DNA of 63,050 nt, the filler included, from Octopus bimaculoides (Eukaryota): assembly GCF_001194135.2 (NCBI RefSeq). It is 4 parts of 4 records of this genome, joined end to end, with 100 filler letters (N's around TTAATTAATTAA, not from the genome) between each part and the next. Parts side by side here need not be neighbours in the genome. Positions count along the whole stretch, not along the records: positions 59,575 to 63,050 come from NC_068999.1; 3 more parts are not named here. One strand, given 5' to 3'. Position numbers and translations under genes: made by a program. The notes below the pieces were generated by a model. The model worked only from the letters and a program-made list of their open reading frames with translations. It had not been told where the DNA came from and did no database searches. Each line of letters starts with the position of its first letter. Within the stretch, counting starts at the first letter, position 1. Shown one piece after another: positions 62,968 to 63,050 of the stretch.

Positions 62968-63040
62968 GTTTTCATTGCGGGAATTGAACCCGGGCTGCTT
63001 GGGTGAAAGTCAGAACCCCTAACCATTAGATTCCATTATA
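62968..63040 (-). pseudogene. tRNA-Glu(TTC)-derived pseudogene or SINE head
   Basis: The minus strand reads ...CTAATGGTTAGGGGTTCTGACTTTCACCCAAGCAGCCCGGGTTCAATTCCCG..., close to eukaryotic tRNA-Glu (anticodon loop CTTTCAC, intact T-arm). The acceptor and anticodon stems are mispaired. Confidence 0.6.
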
Positions 63041-63050
63041 AAATCGTAGC

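Overview
AT-rich animal genomic DNA dominated by microsatellites and repeats. The SINE/LINE families suggest an octopod cephalopod, probably an Octopus short-read assembly (inference); there are 10 N-gaps. There are no prokaryotic features, no CRISPR array and no rRNA. Nearly all ORF-track entries are translations of (CA)n, (TA)n, (TATC)n or (ACT)n repeats. The one well-supported gene is on the + strand. Hand-spliced, phase-consistent exons 47170-47308, 50167-50212, 51117-51192 and a ~1.75-kb exon from 55219 encode at least 677 aa of basic, S/R/K-rich, probably disordered protein that I cannot assign to a family. It may have an alternative last exon (58246-58327) and weaker 5' exon candidates (43953-45008). 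The rest is transposon debris: three tRNA-derived SINE families, and relics of RLE-type, RTE, Tx1/L1-like, Penelope and Tc1 elements. Notable structures are a fold-back element centred on a telomeric-repeat palindrome, a 278-bp near-perfect hairpin MITE, a SINE>hAT-MITE>SINE nest and two degraded hammerhead-like motifs. I found no convincing novel multi-gene system.
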